NCBI RefSeq assembly: GCF_036365525.1
Contig: NC_090401.1
Coordinates: 31,393,036 to 31,457,035 of the forward strand
Origin: Heterodontus francisci
Taxonomy: Eukaryota
Length of the DNA: 64,000 nt
Reading direction: 5' to 3'
Translations under genes and position numbers: made by a program
Notes under the pieces: generated by a model
Told to the model about the DNA's origin: nothing
Seen by the model: the letters and a program-made list of their open reading frames with translations, nothing else
Databases searched by the model: none
Shown here: positions 50,223 to 62,855 of the stretch, in pieces
Layout of the letters: every line of letters begins with the position of its first letter
Position numbering within the stretch: position 1 is the stretch's first letter

Positions 50223-50696
50223 TTGGTGGAGGGGAAAAGGACACAGCAATCACTGCTTCCTTAGTCGCACCAGATGTGTCAATGTTTCCAGTGTCATTTC
50301 TCATGGGAGACATTACAGCAGCAATTGATTGGCCCTCTACAGCTGCTTCCACTAGAAAGCACGGCACAGAATCAAAGGATCATCACAGTGCAGTTGCCTT
50401 CTTTCCTTTTTTGGTTAGCAGGTGGGAAGAATAATTCTTATATAATTATACAAGGCTCCCAAAGGCAATAACATGCTTATTCTGGGCTCACAAAACTCTG
50501 TTACAGTGCAGTCTCCAGAATCCAACTGATACTCTTCACAGAGTTGTGTTTTGTTGATGGTGCTTCAATTTCATCCTTAACACACTAAGGCCTGCTGGAA
50601 AAGTAAGTCCCAGCATAATAAATCACCTGACACTGTATTTGAAAGGAACATTAAGTGCACTTAAATTGAGTTATTGCCAATATGATCAGATGTGTA

Positions 50697-50791
50697 ACAA
50701 AAACAAGAAATGCTGGATTCACTCAGCAGGTCTGGCAGCATCTGTGGAAAGAGAAGCAGAGTTAACGTTTCGGGTCAGTGACCCTTCTTCG
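50697..50791 (-). mobile_element. 95-bp Penelope-derived insertion beginning at the hammerhead-like core; 13-bp TSD
   Basis: TSD gatcagatgtgta at 50684-50696 and 50792-50804; minus strand reads CGAAGAAGGGTCACTGACCCGAAACGTTAACTCTGCTTCTC. Confidence 0.87.
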
Positions 50792-51728
50792 GATCAGATG
50801 TGTACTCATTACAAATCTCTTACCACAATCAAAGTAATTGATCTTGTGATACAACACTTTCCATGAGGTTACCTTAGAGCTCAATATTGTCAAAACTCAT
50901 TGTTAGTTAAACCAGCAACTGTGTTGTAGACTAAAGCACATTTATAAATAAGATGAAACCTGCAAGCATGGGCCACGATAGGAGACATACCAGGTTCAAA
51001 CACTGCAATTAGAAGTTGGATGTGATATAAAAGATCACTTTGTATCTTAATCTGGATTTTGTTCTGGACATCCCTGAATAATCTTCCAAAATATGCATGT
51101 TTTCTTTGTGTGTTGGAAGCGCACAGCAGATAGATCTGTTCTAACTCTGATGAAGGGCAACACCCAAACCATTAACCTTTCTCTTTTAGACAGTGCTTTG
51201 TATTTCTCACTTGGATTTCAGATTTCCAGTTTTCCTTTTATTTGTTTTTATCTCTTAGCCTCTTGTCATGTAAATGCAGTCTACTCCCTCAACTTAAATC
51301 TGAGTTTATTTAAAATGAGAAATTGAATAAACTAGCACTATGGATGAGTCATCCTATAGCTCAAAAAATTGTGTTGTAAATTGCTGGAAGTGCAAGTTGA
51401 TAATGGTGCAGCGAGGCCAACAGGGCATCTGGGACCTTGAACAACTGGACCAACAGTCTATCTCCTTAACTAATGAAATATTTAAGGATAGAGAACAAAA
51501 CAGAGCAAACTACAGAGAAGAAAATAGGATGAATTAGGTACAGAAAGAGAGGGAAGAATGACTGGAATGAAAGAGAAAAAGACAAAGGAAAAATAAGCAA
51601 AATAAGATTTGAAATACATCCAAGAACAATTTACTACCTGCAGGATAGTTTCAATTGTTCCATTTCTGGGTTGGAAAGGTTGAGTGGCATTGCAGGAACT
51701 AAATCTCATAATTTTAAAGGACTCTTAG

Positions 51729-52033
51729 TAAAGGCCTGCTTGGGTCTGCAAACAAACAAAAAACGACCTGGCCCGTGTCCTTCCATTTTTCCCGCACTGG
51801 ACCCGACCATCAGTTAACTTACCTTCAGTTCTTAACTGTTGCTGATCTGCGCAAGCTTAAAATAACTAACAAAACCACCTTTCTAGTCCAAAAATTAACA
51901 TTGGAGTCACTTACCTGTGATAGAGCATATCCGACCCGAGCCCGAATGCCGGACCTTGAAGTACAACCTGACCCGACCTGAACCCAACAGGTCTTTGGGT
52001 CCCGTCGGGTTCGGGTCAGGTAGCCGGCCTTTA
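51729..52033. mobile_element. hAT-type MITE (305 bp)
   Basis: TIRs taaaggcctgct and agccggccttta; 8-bp TSD actcttag / gcccttag (6 of 8 match); subterminal CCCGA/TCGGG repeats. Confidence 0.75.
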
Positions 52034-52154
52034 GCCCTTAGGTTGTTAAGGATGAGCCCTAACTTTATGTGATGAGTTTAACAGCGCAAATGCAGCAATT
52101 TCTTGAAACTCATGGTGAAGTTGACGGCGAGCTCCCGCTTTCGTGAGACTAATA

Positions 52155-52548
52155 AAAGAGGAGATTTGATAGAGATGTTCAAAATTATGAGGGGTCTAGA
52201 CAGAGTAGATAAGAGAAACTATTCGCATTGGCAGAAGGGTCCAGAATCAGAGGACACAGATTTAAGGTGATTGGCAACAAAACCAAAGGCGACAGGAGGA
52301 AAAGCTTTTTTTTTAAATGTGGCGAGAGGTTGTTATCTGGAATACACTGCCTGAAAGGGTGGTTGAGGCAGATTCAATTGCGGCTTTCAAAAGGGATTTA
52401 GATAAGCACTTGAAGGGGGAAAAAAATTGCAGGGCTATGGGGAAAGAGCAGGAGAGTGGGACTAGCTGGAATGCTCTTACATGGAGCCGGCACAGGTTTA
52501 ACAGGCTGAATGGCCTCCTATTTGCTACAACTATTCTATGATTCTATA
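52155..52548 (+). mobile_element. CR1-like 3' end
   Basis: gaggagatttgatagagatgttcaaaattatg...FKRDLDKHLKG; tail ggctgaatggcctcc...ttctatgattctat. Confidence 0.88.
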
Positions 52549-53419
52549 ATGGCAGAGCAACACAAATTAGCCAGCAATTTGTGGCGATTCGCAACTCATG
52601 GCATATCTCTCCCTCGCCACAAATAGCTGGATTATTTACACACTAATAACAGTGTGCCAATTAAACTTGCCATTATATTGTCAGCAAATTCTGGATTCAG
52701 TTAAATCTCTCTCTATGCTTTCACTGTAGCTCCCGATACTTGCTAACTCATGATGTTCTTTACCTATGGCATAACGTTAACCCATAGTATTACACACTAA
52801 TCTACTTTCTTGTTGCACAGCGTGACAGGAAAGGAAGGGATCGGTGCTCAGATTAGGAGATGGTTTGGAGGTAATGGATGGGGAAAGTTCATCTCAGGGT
52901 AACAAGGAGAAGCAGTGGAAGGTGGGGAACTAGGGAACAGGCCCAAGATAATTGGCCCTGTGCAGAACAGCACCACCTGCCTTAAAGATGGAGCTGGGCA
53001 GACTCACTGGCATTCTAGGCAGGTGTGATGGAAGTAGAATGGTGGTAATGTAGTACAGGAAATAAGTAACAATGACAGGAAATGCGTACTAAAAGAAAGA
53101 CGAATATGTTAGAAATAGAAAAAACATTTAAAAACATCTGAAGGCAATAAAATAAGATCACATTTTTGCTTTAATTAAATTGTGAAAGAATGTCAGAAAT
53201 ACAGAAGTTGTGGGAAAGATTACAATAAAAAAAAGAGGATCACATTATGTTTTAAACAAAGAAAACTGTTTACTATAAATAATATTCTTCTTTGACAAAT
53301 TTAAGCCTAATCTTAAATGTCTCACATCCACAAACAGGAGACCCATACTTCCATCAAGTGTCTCTATTTCCCTGCACATAAGACAGGAAGTTATCTTCTG
53401 TACTTGTTTAAGATATAAA

Positions 53420-53471
53420 GCAAAACCCACAAAATGTTATTATACCAGTTTTACAAAGCTAAATATTTAAT
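53420..53471 (-). terminator. Candidate SF3A3 polyadenylation signal (ATTAAA at 53466-53471) with a downstream GU/U-rich element
   Basis: ATTAAA ~200 nt after the stop, followed ~30-50 nt later by TTTTGTGGGTTTTG on the minus strand; alternative ATTAAA at 53610-53615 and 53170-53175. Confidence 0.45.
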
Positions 53472-53672
53472 CAGATATAAAAATTATGCAAATTTGCCAG
53501 GCATCCAGTTCTCTGCACAGCCTTTCGATTTAGATACAGAGTTCAGGCAGTACAGGACACGGTCCTTGAATTAACGAGAGGGAGAAAGAATCTAAACCAA
53601 CAAAGTATCTTTAATGATGGCTATCATTGCAGATATGAAACAGAGGTCTGGAAAGGGCAACATTTTAGAGAT

Positions 53673-53750
53673 TCAGAGCAGTCCTTGTCGTTTTAAATCC
53701 TCGTAGGTCTTCTTGTTAACTACATTTCCACTTGAATCCTCATATTCTTC
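53673..53750 (-). CDS. SF3A3: SF3A3 terminal coding exon: EEYEDSSGNVVNKKTYEDLKRQGLL-stop
   Basis: TTTCAG acceptor; 25 codons plus TGA (53673-53675); canonical SF3A3 C-terminus. Confidence 0.97.
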   Translation of the reverse strand, partial: EEYEDSSGNVVNKKTYEDLKRQGLL

Positions 53751-53794
53751 CTGAAATTTAACAGTACCAGTCAACAGTTAAAAGAATGTTTATA

Positions 53795-53857
53795 GTTAGA
53801 GTTAGAACATTACAGCGCAGTACAGGCCCTTCGGCCCTCGATGTTGCACCGACCTGT
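53795..53857 (-). mobile_element. ~60-bp CR1/V-SINE-type 3' tail in the last SF3A3 intron, sense to the gene
   Basis: Minus strand: caggtcggtgcaacatcgagggccgaagggcctgtactgcgctgtaatgttctaactctaac; CpGs intact. Confidence 0.75.
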
Positions 53858-54054
53858 CTTTCATTAGTCTTTCAGAAAGCATTCCGGTATTGCTTTTCAA
53901 TATGTTTATTGAAACTGCAAGTTAAAGTTTACTTACTTAAGAAACAAATGAATTTATAGAATATTTGAAAGCAACTGTGCATTGATTAATGAAAGATTTT
54001 AGAGCTGGAAAGAAAACCAGAATCACTACACTTATAATCACACTCATTGAGTTT

Positions 54055-54443
54055 CAGTTTGACTCAGTTGGGAGCACTCTCACCCGCATCAAAAGTCACG
54101 GGTTCAAGTCCCATTCCCGGGCTTGGGCATGTAACCAAGGCTGGCACTTCCTCAGTAATACATTTTGAGAGGGGTCATTGTTTGGATAAGATGTTAAACC
54201 AAGACCCCATACACCTGTTCAGCTTGACACATAAGATCTCTCGGCACTACTTGAAGAAGAGCAGAAGTTCTCCTGTTCTCCTGGCCAATCTTTATCTCTC
54301 AATCAACATCACAAACAGATTAACCAGCCACCCACCTCATTGTTGTTTACAGCTATGTGCAAATTGAGACTATACTTCTAAATTGATAGCTTGGCTGTGC
54401 AGCACTTTGGGACATCCCAAGGTGCCATGTTAAATGCAAGCTT
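54055..54443 (+). mobile_element. DeuSINE-type SINE in the last SF3A3 intron (antisense to the gene)
   Basis: tRNA-like head gactcagttgggagcactctc...gggttcaagtccca; Deu domain gatgttaaaccaagacccc...ggcactacttgaagaagagcag...cctggccaat; tail aaatgcaagc. Confidence 0.78.
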
Positions 54444-55905
54444 TTAAACTATTTTACTTTGCATTTGATGTTCAAATATAAATTGATGACACGTTGAGAG
54501 AAAAAGGATCTGGAGTATTGCGCAAATACTACAGAAAACACCACAATGTTTGAGTGGGCAACATGCTTGCCCTGTTACCAGAGGCTGGCCAACTCCAATT
54601 TCCCAAAACCCAAGTAAATTCTTAAAGTGACTATAGGTTATGAATACATGCAGGGGTCAAGCCGGTCTGTGGTTGAGAGTTGGACAAAATGAATGCAGCT
54701 ACAAATAAGCATGTTTCCTATCAGTTTTCCAAAAATGAGTAGGCTTAATAAAGGGCAAATCAATTGATTCACAAACTTAAGATCGACCTAAGAGTTTCAA
54801 ATGGCTCAGGTCTGCCAAATGAAAAAGCTCCAAACCACAAATACTGTGTTAAAATAGAATGGGAGTGAGCTTTACAGAGGAAATGCTGCTATTGTAGAAA
54901 ATGCTATAAACTTATATGGCAAACTTGATTCAAAAATAAGCTGGTAAACTGAACAAGCACAAAGGGCTGCATTAACTGGGGCTGCATTCACAACAGAACA
55001 GAGTTAGGTTCCAGGTTGGAGGGCTATGCACTTCATTTGGATAACTGGACTTGTACTAGATCAATTCTCAGACTGTTACTACTCAGAAATTACATAGCCA
55101 AGAAATTACAATAGTGCCTACAGATTCCCAATTCGTAAAGTTAGCTGGAACAGGCTGACACGGATTGCAACGAGCCAACCATTAGCAATAAGAAGTCTCC
55201 AACCCAAGGCAGGCATTGTAAATGTTATATGATATTGTGACTACTCTGAATGTTTTTGAGGAAGTATTGAGAGGTGGGAAAGAGTTACATCATTATACAA
55301 AAGTAACTGGCATTTCTATTAAGAACTAGTTATTAAATTTCAGGCGTGTTGTTTCACTGAAGCACAAATATAGCTATAAACGCCTAAATCCTTTAACAGC
55401 ACTTTCAAGCATTGCAACTGAGTTGCCTACACAGGGACCCAATTTATTCAAATAACCAGCTCACAGTCCCCAGCGTTCCCTTCCATTTTGGAGCTCTTTA
55501 ACTCACCTTTTATCGTTCCAACACCCTTTAGATGCTTGATTGGTGGGACTCTTGAACTTTTAAATCTGTTTTTTGGCTAATAAACACATTAGCTTTTTCA
55601 TTGCGACAGTAGTTAGCATATCTGGACTATCACCCTCCATTTGTTTTCCCTTTGCCCTAATTGTGCTCCGTGCTATAAAAGTCCCTCTAATAATAGTACT
55701 GATCCAGAATATTAATCTGTCTTTTGCAGATGCTAACTGCATCATGTATTGCTATTATTTTCTGTTTTGATTTCTCTTCACTGTAGGTCTGTGAGACTCC
55801 ACACTGAGCTATTCCCAACCATTTCTTTAACAGACTAGCAGCAATTTAAAACCATCATGTAATGTGCTTCGTTCAAAGCTCAAGCAGCTCATTTACAGTA
55901 ATTAC

Positions 55906-55961
55906 CTCTGTGTCTGGCTGCCATCTCTCTGCTGCCTTTGAGTGCTTCAGTTTCGCCCACA
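55906..55961 (-). CDS. SF3A3: SF3A3 coding exon (56 nt): (L)WAKLKHSKAAERWQPDTE
   Basis: TTTTTCTAATCAG acceptor, GTAAT donor; phase 1 in, phase 0 out; matches vertebrate LWAKLK...ERWQPDTE. Confidence 0.95.
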
Positions 55962-58023
55962 CTGATTAGAAAAAGAAAGTTGTTAATATTCTTTTCCATA
56001 TATAACTGTAGCATGAATTCTTCATGCCAGACAAGTCACAGAAAATAGCAATTGTCTACCGAAGCCAAAGCTCTTTCAAATGAATGCAATTTTTCATTAT
56101 AGAACTACATACAGCACTGGAACAATGGATTCCAATTAATCCCTTGTAAGCAACAAAAAACTAAGCAATGCTATTGTTTCTGCAGAGAATTCCACATCTC
56201 AACCCAAACACAGGCTGGAGGATCTATAGGGCTTTTCCATGGCTAGCTTTCAAAATGGCTGCCCGGATTTTCACAGAGGAACTCTTTCTTTCTGCATGAT
56301 CCCACTATCTGAGTGGGCGAAAAGGAATGAAAGCAAGAGAAAAATGAAGAAGCAGCATTTTAGAACCAGAGATCAAAACAGATAGATTTGAGAAAATACC
56401 AAATATGAACATTCTGTAATTTTTCTTAGATATGTTTTCCCTTCTGGATTTATGATGGCAAAGAATTGAAATATCAAGTTAAAAATTAGGACATTAGGAG
56501 TGAAAAGGGAGGTTCAGCATTTTTTTTAAAGCAGTGTAACAGCCTTTGAAATCAACCATAAGCAAGGCCAGTGATTTGCAGGGGTCATGAAAAAATTGGA
56601 TGGAATCATGGAAGCTAACTTTTAAATCAGTATTAAAAACCCATGCATAGAAATAGAAGTTGGTTTATTCAGTTATCATAGAAGAGGGCCTGGCTACCAG
56701 GAATGGCTTTTTACATGAACAATATAAATGTACAGCAATCTAGAGCTGGAATCATAGACAATATTCCTCTTAGTTTGGCCTACTATTGCCAATTGCAATA
56801 CCTCAATTGCTAAGAGCAGTTAAATCAGTGGAGTGAATGGATTGAATCTGGAACTTTCTTGGTTCGAGAAGCTCAGTACCCACATTACACAATGTCCAGC
56901 CCTCCAGGGAATGCAAGGCCCTAATGAAATGAATGTTTAAAAAAAAAGTGCAGTGAAGAGGAAAGTCTTGTGACTGCACAGCAGTATTTCAAAACAGGGT
57001 TTACTTCAGTGAGATGCAGTGTTCCACATGGACAAACTTAAGAGGAACCCTTTCAAACTATTGCTACTGCATTTCAATGATTTCTGATATTTGGGAGTTA
57101 ATTAAAGAGAGTCAAGGAATCATATTTGGCACAATGATAACCTGCATGCAAAATAAACATAAAAATGCACTTCAAAAAGAGGTGTAGAAAAACAAGTGAA
57201 ATGAACTTTGCTGAAGCAATGAGACTAAATTGTTTGGCAATTTCTGTAATATATAATCCCCTTATTGCAAATTCCTTCTCACTCTCAATGTTCCATTTTC
57301 AGGAGGTTAGGATTTAAGAAACAAAAAGAGAAATGATCCAACAGCAGATTTAGATTAGATGTCTAGAGCACATTTTTGAAATACTATATTGCTTTTTATT
57401 TTGAGTACTAGCTTTTTTATTTAAAGAGGCTGCTCGTCACATTTTGCCGTTTTAAGTGAAAAATAGAAAATTCAAAGGGGTATGTGTGGGGAAAAAAAAA
57501 ACTTTCATTTAGCCATTCATTAAACAAACACAAATATCTACTCAACAATCTGCAATTATCATAAAGGGTCAATCTTTCCACTTCTTTTTGAAACTTGCTT
57601 TATAAATGGTGATGGTTTGAAATTTTCTAAAATCAACTTTCCACAGCGTTCCTACTATAATGATTTGTCCATTATGCATGATGGATGGCAAAACCAATAT
57701 ATACTGCAGAAATGAAATAACTCCCGTAATTGAAAACACGCTGCCCGAAATCAACCTACCTTTCAAATTGTCAAATACAGAACTGCACAAAACAGCCGAT
57801 ACGCTCAACATGTTTTAAGTGGTGCCTTTGTAATTGACGCCTATGGTGATGCTGAAGGTTCAGTGCTACTTGTCTGATAATGGTGGCTGTCCAGGATAAG
57901 TGTGGACAGTGGAAGGGGTGGAGACTGTATTAAGTGTTTGTTCTAGAAAATGCTTTGAGTTAGTGGAGATTTGCCATGAAATTTTATTCAGTTTTGACAG
58001 GCGTTTAATAGATAAGTACTTAC

Positions 58024-58114
58024 AGGATACTGCATCTTCAATTTGGGTGACATTTGCAAAATGTGCTGTGTTAGGGATTCCAAGACACCGCATGCCATGA
58101 GCATGACGCCATTC
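58024..58114 (-). CDS. SF3A3: SF3A3 coding exon (91 nt): [30 protein letters not shown] plus 1 nt
   Basis: TTCTAG acceptor, GTAAGT donor; ends phase 1 (T), completed by TG of the next exon to give Leu. Confidence 0.97.
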
Positions 58115-59113
58115 CTAGAAATGGTAAAAATAAAATAAATAAATATGAAGTAATTGTGGAAAACTTAAACAAACCTACAACTATCGATGTCATGCAATTT
58201 ACTGAACAGCTGTTAGATGTGATTTGGTTGGCATTTAGGTTTTACACAAACAGGGGAATTTAGTCAATCATATGTCTAACGGCTTGATCAGATTATCCTA
58301 CTTCTTTCTCCTCTCTCCCAAAATATTTTCTACCAAACTTTGTAGATGTCTTCATTGAACATTTTGAGTTATTAAACACTTTGCAATCACTAGCCTGTGT
58401 TGCATATACTGGGACAAAGCATGATAGCACCAACCTCATTCGAGCAGAATATAAGGATAGCGTGCTCCATTTAAAAGGCCCAGCTGGGAACTGGTAAACC
58501 CAGGTCCAGCCTTAAATGGCAGGTTCTTCTGGGACTCAACTCCATGACCTACTTTTTTTTTTATATTGAAGAAAGTGAGCAGCCTCCAATGGAGTGCATA
58601 TAAAACATACTGAACCTACTTAATATCACCATTATCGACATTTAAAATTACAGCAGAAAATGTCAGTGATATCAGTAATCTGACAGTGCTAATGCACCAC
58701 TTAGTGGTACAACACACACACATCCTTGTGCTCTCCATGGGAAGGATTTCCTGATCTCAGCTTTGTCGCTCCGTGTAACTGCAAAGCGGGACCAGGTACC
58801 ACCCTCAGAATAAAATCATTAAGATCTCAGCAATGCAATTCCCCACAAGACCATTTGTGGTGCAGAAGCAGAAGGTGCTTCCCAACAAGGAGGGAGAAAA
58901 TATCAGCATGGGTGTCACCTACGTAACTTCCGTACATCACGTGGAAGCCAATTATAAAACAGCACCAAGTAAAGCTAACTCACTGATCCTTGTCCAGGAA
59001 TTAGTGCATGCTACAGCAGAGGGAACTATCTAAACAGTAAAAAAAATTACCTTCAAAAGTATTTCTTTTTAAATGAGAAAGTTTACACACCAAGTTTAAA
59101 TTATTGTTCTTAC

Positions 59114-59224
59114 AGCAAAGTGGCGCTGGAATGCTTTGGGTCCTCTGTAAATATAATTTCCACAGATTTCACAGTTGTAGTTGATGTTCAAACCATGCAG
59201 CTTGTACAACCAGTAGGGAATGGG
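59114..59224 (-). CDS. SF3A3: SF3A3 coding exon (111 nt): PIPYWLYKLHGLNINYNCEICGNYIYRGPKAFQRHFA, first part of the matrin/U1C-type zinc finger
   Basis: TTTCAG acceptor, GTAAG donor; 37 codons; conserved Prp9/SF3A3 zinc-finger sequence. Confidence 0.97.
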
Positions 59225-60272
59225 CTGAAATGGAAAGCGCAGAGTCACAAAAATGAAAAATATAAAATTACCATGCAAAAATAACACATTGAGAATTTCA
59301 AAGTAATTAGCACTGCCATCTATTGATGGTCAGTACCATTGCTGGTTGCTGAATATTATAATGGAAATAATTGCTAAAACACACTGAAATATCACTAATG
59401 TATCATACTGAATAGATAAAACTACTGAAAAGAAAAATAACACAACCTGGACCAAAAATGAACTACCACAGAACTCAGGTTATTGGGCAATCGACACTTC
59501 AACCCAGGCTGGAGTTGAGTTAAAAGACTAGTTTTTGGTCTTCTTTTAAAAATGAAGCAGACCTAAAGTACCACTCCAACTATTGAGATATTCCACAGTA
59601 CCACAACTAAACTCGAAGTTTTCAAAATAAGTAAAAGAGTTCATGTGTGGCTGTTATGAAAGGCTAGAACTCAGTCAGGTATCCTAGTTAGAATTGTCCA
59701 ATGTTGTAGTGTTCAACATACTGAGGAAACAAAACCCAGCCTTTACTGTTTTTTGAGAGACACTTAAATTTAGATTTTTCCTTTTGCTCTCTTGGGAGGT
59801 GAAGTAGATTCACCACCACTCAGGTGCCTACTGCACTGGGAGCACATTTAAAGACCTTGCTATTTTGCAGAGTACTCTATTTCAACAGTAAGGAAGATTC
59901 ATCACTGATCAATTATTAGGCCTTATTATGAAACAGAAAAAAAATTATGATTCCTCATAGTTAACCAACAATTTACACCCTCACTCCTTGAAGTCATATC
60001 TAACATTACGGGATATGGATTTGAGTCAGTGCAATTTCTTCTTCAGCTGCACAAATGTTACCTAAAAAAATGATTCAATTTTAATCACAAAAGTGGATGG
60101 ATAGATAAAAGCATTGCAGCATGGTATTTACGGTGAGATTTACAGGAATCAAAATTACAGAATTAAAACTCAGATCCTACAACATTCCATTAAAAGTTAT
60201 TTAATCACAAAGATTAGAATGGCCCATTATGGAGGACAGGTGTGATCTTTCACCATTTTCTTTTAAGCTCAC

Positions 60273-60437
60273 CTTGCCATCCCAACCCAAAGGCAGGTTC
60301 TTGGGATTGTAGATAATTTCATTTTCCTCGTCTTCACTTTCACTCTCACTGACGTGCTCCTCATCCTCCTCTTCTCGCTCTTCTCCAGTCCGAGCTTGTT
60401 TGCGTTGCACATTCTCTCTGGTGAGCTGTCTCTGTTC
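60273..60437 (-). CDS. SF3A3: SF3A3 coding exon (165 nt): EQRQLTRENVQRKQARTGEEREEEDEEHVSESESEDEENEIIYNPKNLPLGWDGK
   Basis: Within ORF 60201..60578; CAG acceptor, GTGAG donor; 55 codons; hallmark SF3a60/Prp9 motif YNPKNLPLGWDGK. Confidence 0.97.
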
Positions 60438-62855
60438 CTGTAGAGCAGGAAAAAAAATTGAACACTCAAGAGGGCCACAGGTACACTGCTGCATCAAAAT
60501 AAATACAAAAACAATTACAGCAGAATTCACCAAATTCTGAGAATTGGGAAATCTTTTGTGATTGTAGAATTTGTACATTAATATTCATATCTAGAGAAAT
60601 TTTTTTGCAGCTTACTAAATGTTAGAAAATTTGCTGATAGACATGGAATCTTTATACAACATTTTTATGCAATGAAAACTAATTCCATGTGATAAGATAT
60701 CTTGCAGGGTCACAATCAACTTGCCTCCTGTTTATTTCAATTCACTACAATGTGATAGTAAAAATAACCCTACTTTTCCCTGCACCACAAAAGGAATATT
60801 TATCCTTTCAATGCTATAACATTTCGGCATCAAAATACTGAAGTAACATTCTACCATTGCCAAGATTTCTCCAAATCTTCCACTTTGACACACAATGTTC
60901 AAAAACAACAAATGTAATATTTTGATACAGGAAAATTTGTTTATACTTTCAGTAAGTGAGTATTATTCTGTAATGTAAAATGATCTATCATTTTGCACAA
61001 AATCTCAAAAATCCATCTGTACTTTGTAACAAAGAAATCTTACAGGACATCCTTGGAACCACAATACTCTCAAGACTGTATACTGAAGATGGCTGACAGC
61101 CAAGTAATAACATTTTGATAGCTGCACTACTGGGAGTTAAAATTGCACTTTAAAAAAAAAATTACAAGTTAAAGAAGTCTTTCCAGCTCAAGTTGTTCTT
61201 GAACATCACCGGTTAGCTAGTTTCGCTGAAACATTAGCAGTGGTCAAGGAACAAGCCATACCATTTTCTTGACTTTAGACATGATACAGCTCAGAGAATT
61301 CATGAGACAAAAGGGGAAAAAGAACACCTGGAGAGTTGATTAATTTACTGAAAGAAATGTGGTGAAAAAGTATTCCCATGGGCATACAGGGCTTGTCTGC
61401 AATTTTAAAGATCCCATAAGAAAAACAGACTTATCCCTGGGCCACTTGCAACTCTACAGATCTAGGCATTAAGAGGTACACAAATCGAGTAATGGTGACT
61501 TGCCCACCAATTTTTCTTTCTTAGAGACTCATGCTTCCCATCATTGGACATCTTTCAGAGAGCAGCACAAAAACCAAAAGCACCTCAATGAAGTCACATC
61601 CATGACCATGTGCCCTATCATTCAGAAAATGCAGCACCAATGAGCTAACTACTAATGTAGATTCCAATTGAGGAATAATCTGCAGCTCATGCTGCAGAAT
61701 TATCCAGCCAATAAATTTTATTTATGGAATATATACATACTTTGGCAAATACTTAAATATAATGCTAGAGGAATGTTAGATCCTGAGAGAAAAGGATCAT
61801 GTACAAGCCATTCCAACCTGTATTAAATACTAGTGGATCCCACATTACATTGTTGATGGCAATAGAGAATATGCTGTTTTATAAGGACAAGAGTGCTAAT
61901 CCACAATAATTCTGTTAAGGTGGAGGTTTCTCTCTTTGAGGCCTCAATGTCCAACTGTTCAGTAGAGAGAAGTTCAGGTCACTGAGAGTTTAATTGTCAT
62001 TTGCAAACTGAAAGGTGCTTGGCAATTTCAGGCTAAGGTCAGCATGTTAAGACTGTTTGTATCTGCAAGAATGTGCAAACTGCTGTTTTTAATATGTTAC
62101 TCGCAGATCTCCTTCTGGCATTGCTTATGGCAAGTCAAATATTACACTGTTAAAAGAGTAAGGGAGAGATGTACATCTCCAGTGTAAGAGTTTGCAAAAC
62201 ACTTTCAAAGACCAGCGTCTAGACATAGTGAAGCAAGTGCTTTCTGATTGGTTTCTGGTGAATAAATAATTTTGTGTCCCTTGCCCACTGCAACAGTTAG
62301 CACTGCTGCATTACTAAAATCTTCCTATAAGCATCGTTTCTGAATAGCCAGTATAACCAAACAAAATATAGCTGCTGTAATTTTCTCCTGCCACTTGGTC
62401 CCTCGCTCCCAAAAGTGAAGAAAAGTGAAGCAACTCTGTTTAGTTGCTAGAGTGACAACTCTGGGAAAAGCATCAACTTTAAGCCCCGTATTTTGGAGTG
62501 TGATACAAGCCTCAGAACAACAATTTTATGAGACCAAAGTTTTACAGGTAAATTTAAAAATATTGTGCAACATCTATTTTGTATGCTTCTATTGTTACAA
62601 AGCTTATTTTCAGCCCTAAACATTTGACTTTCTTTCACTGTGATGTATAGTGTTTGCTTTACCCATTATGATTGTACAAAAGTAAATCTTTTCTGTAAGT
62701 TAAATCAAAACAATACAACATTGGTCTGCTAGAAAAAAGCCAGTATCTGTCCAGACAAAATCAAACAAGTGATCGACTTCAGTTTTAAAAGAGTGCCCAT
62801 AAATAAATTTAAACCAGATAGGTCAGGCAGACTTCAGCAATCTCAGAATACTCAC

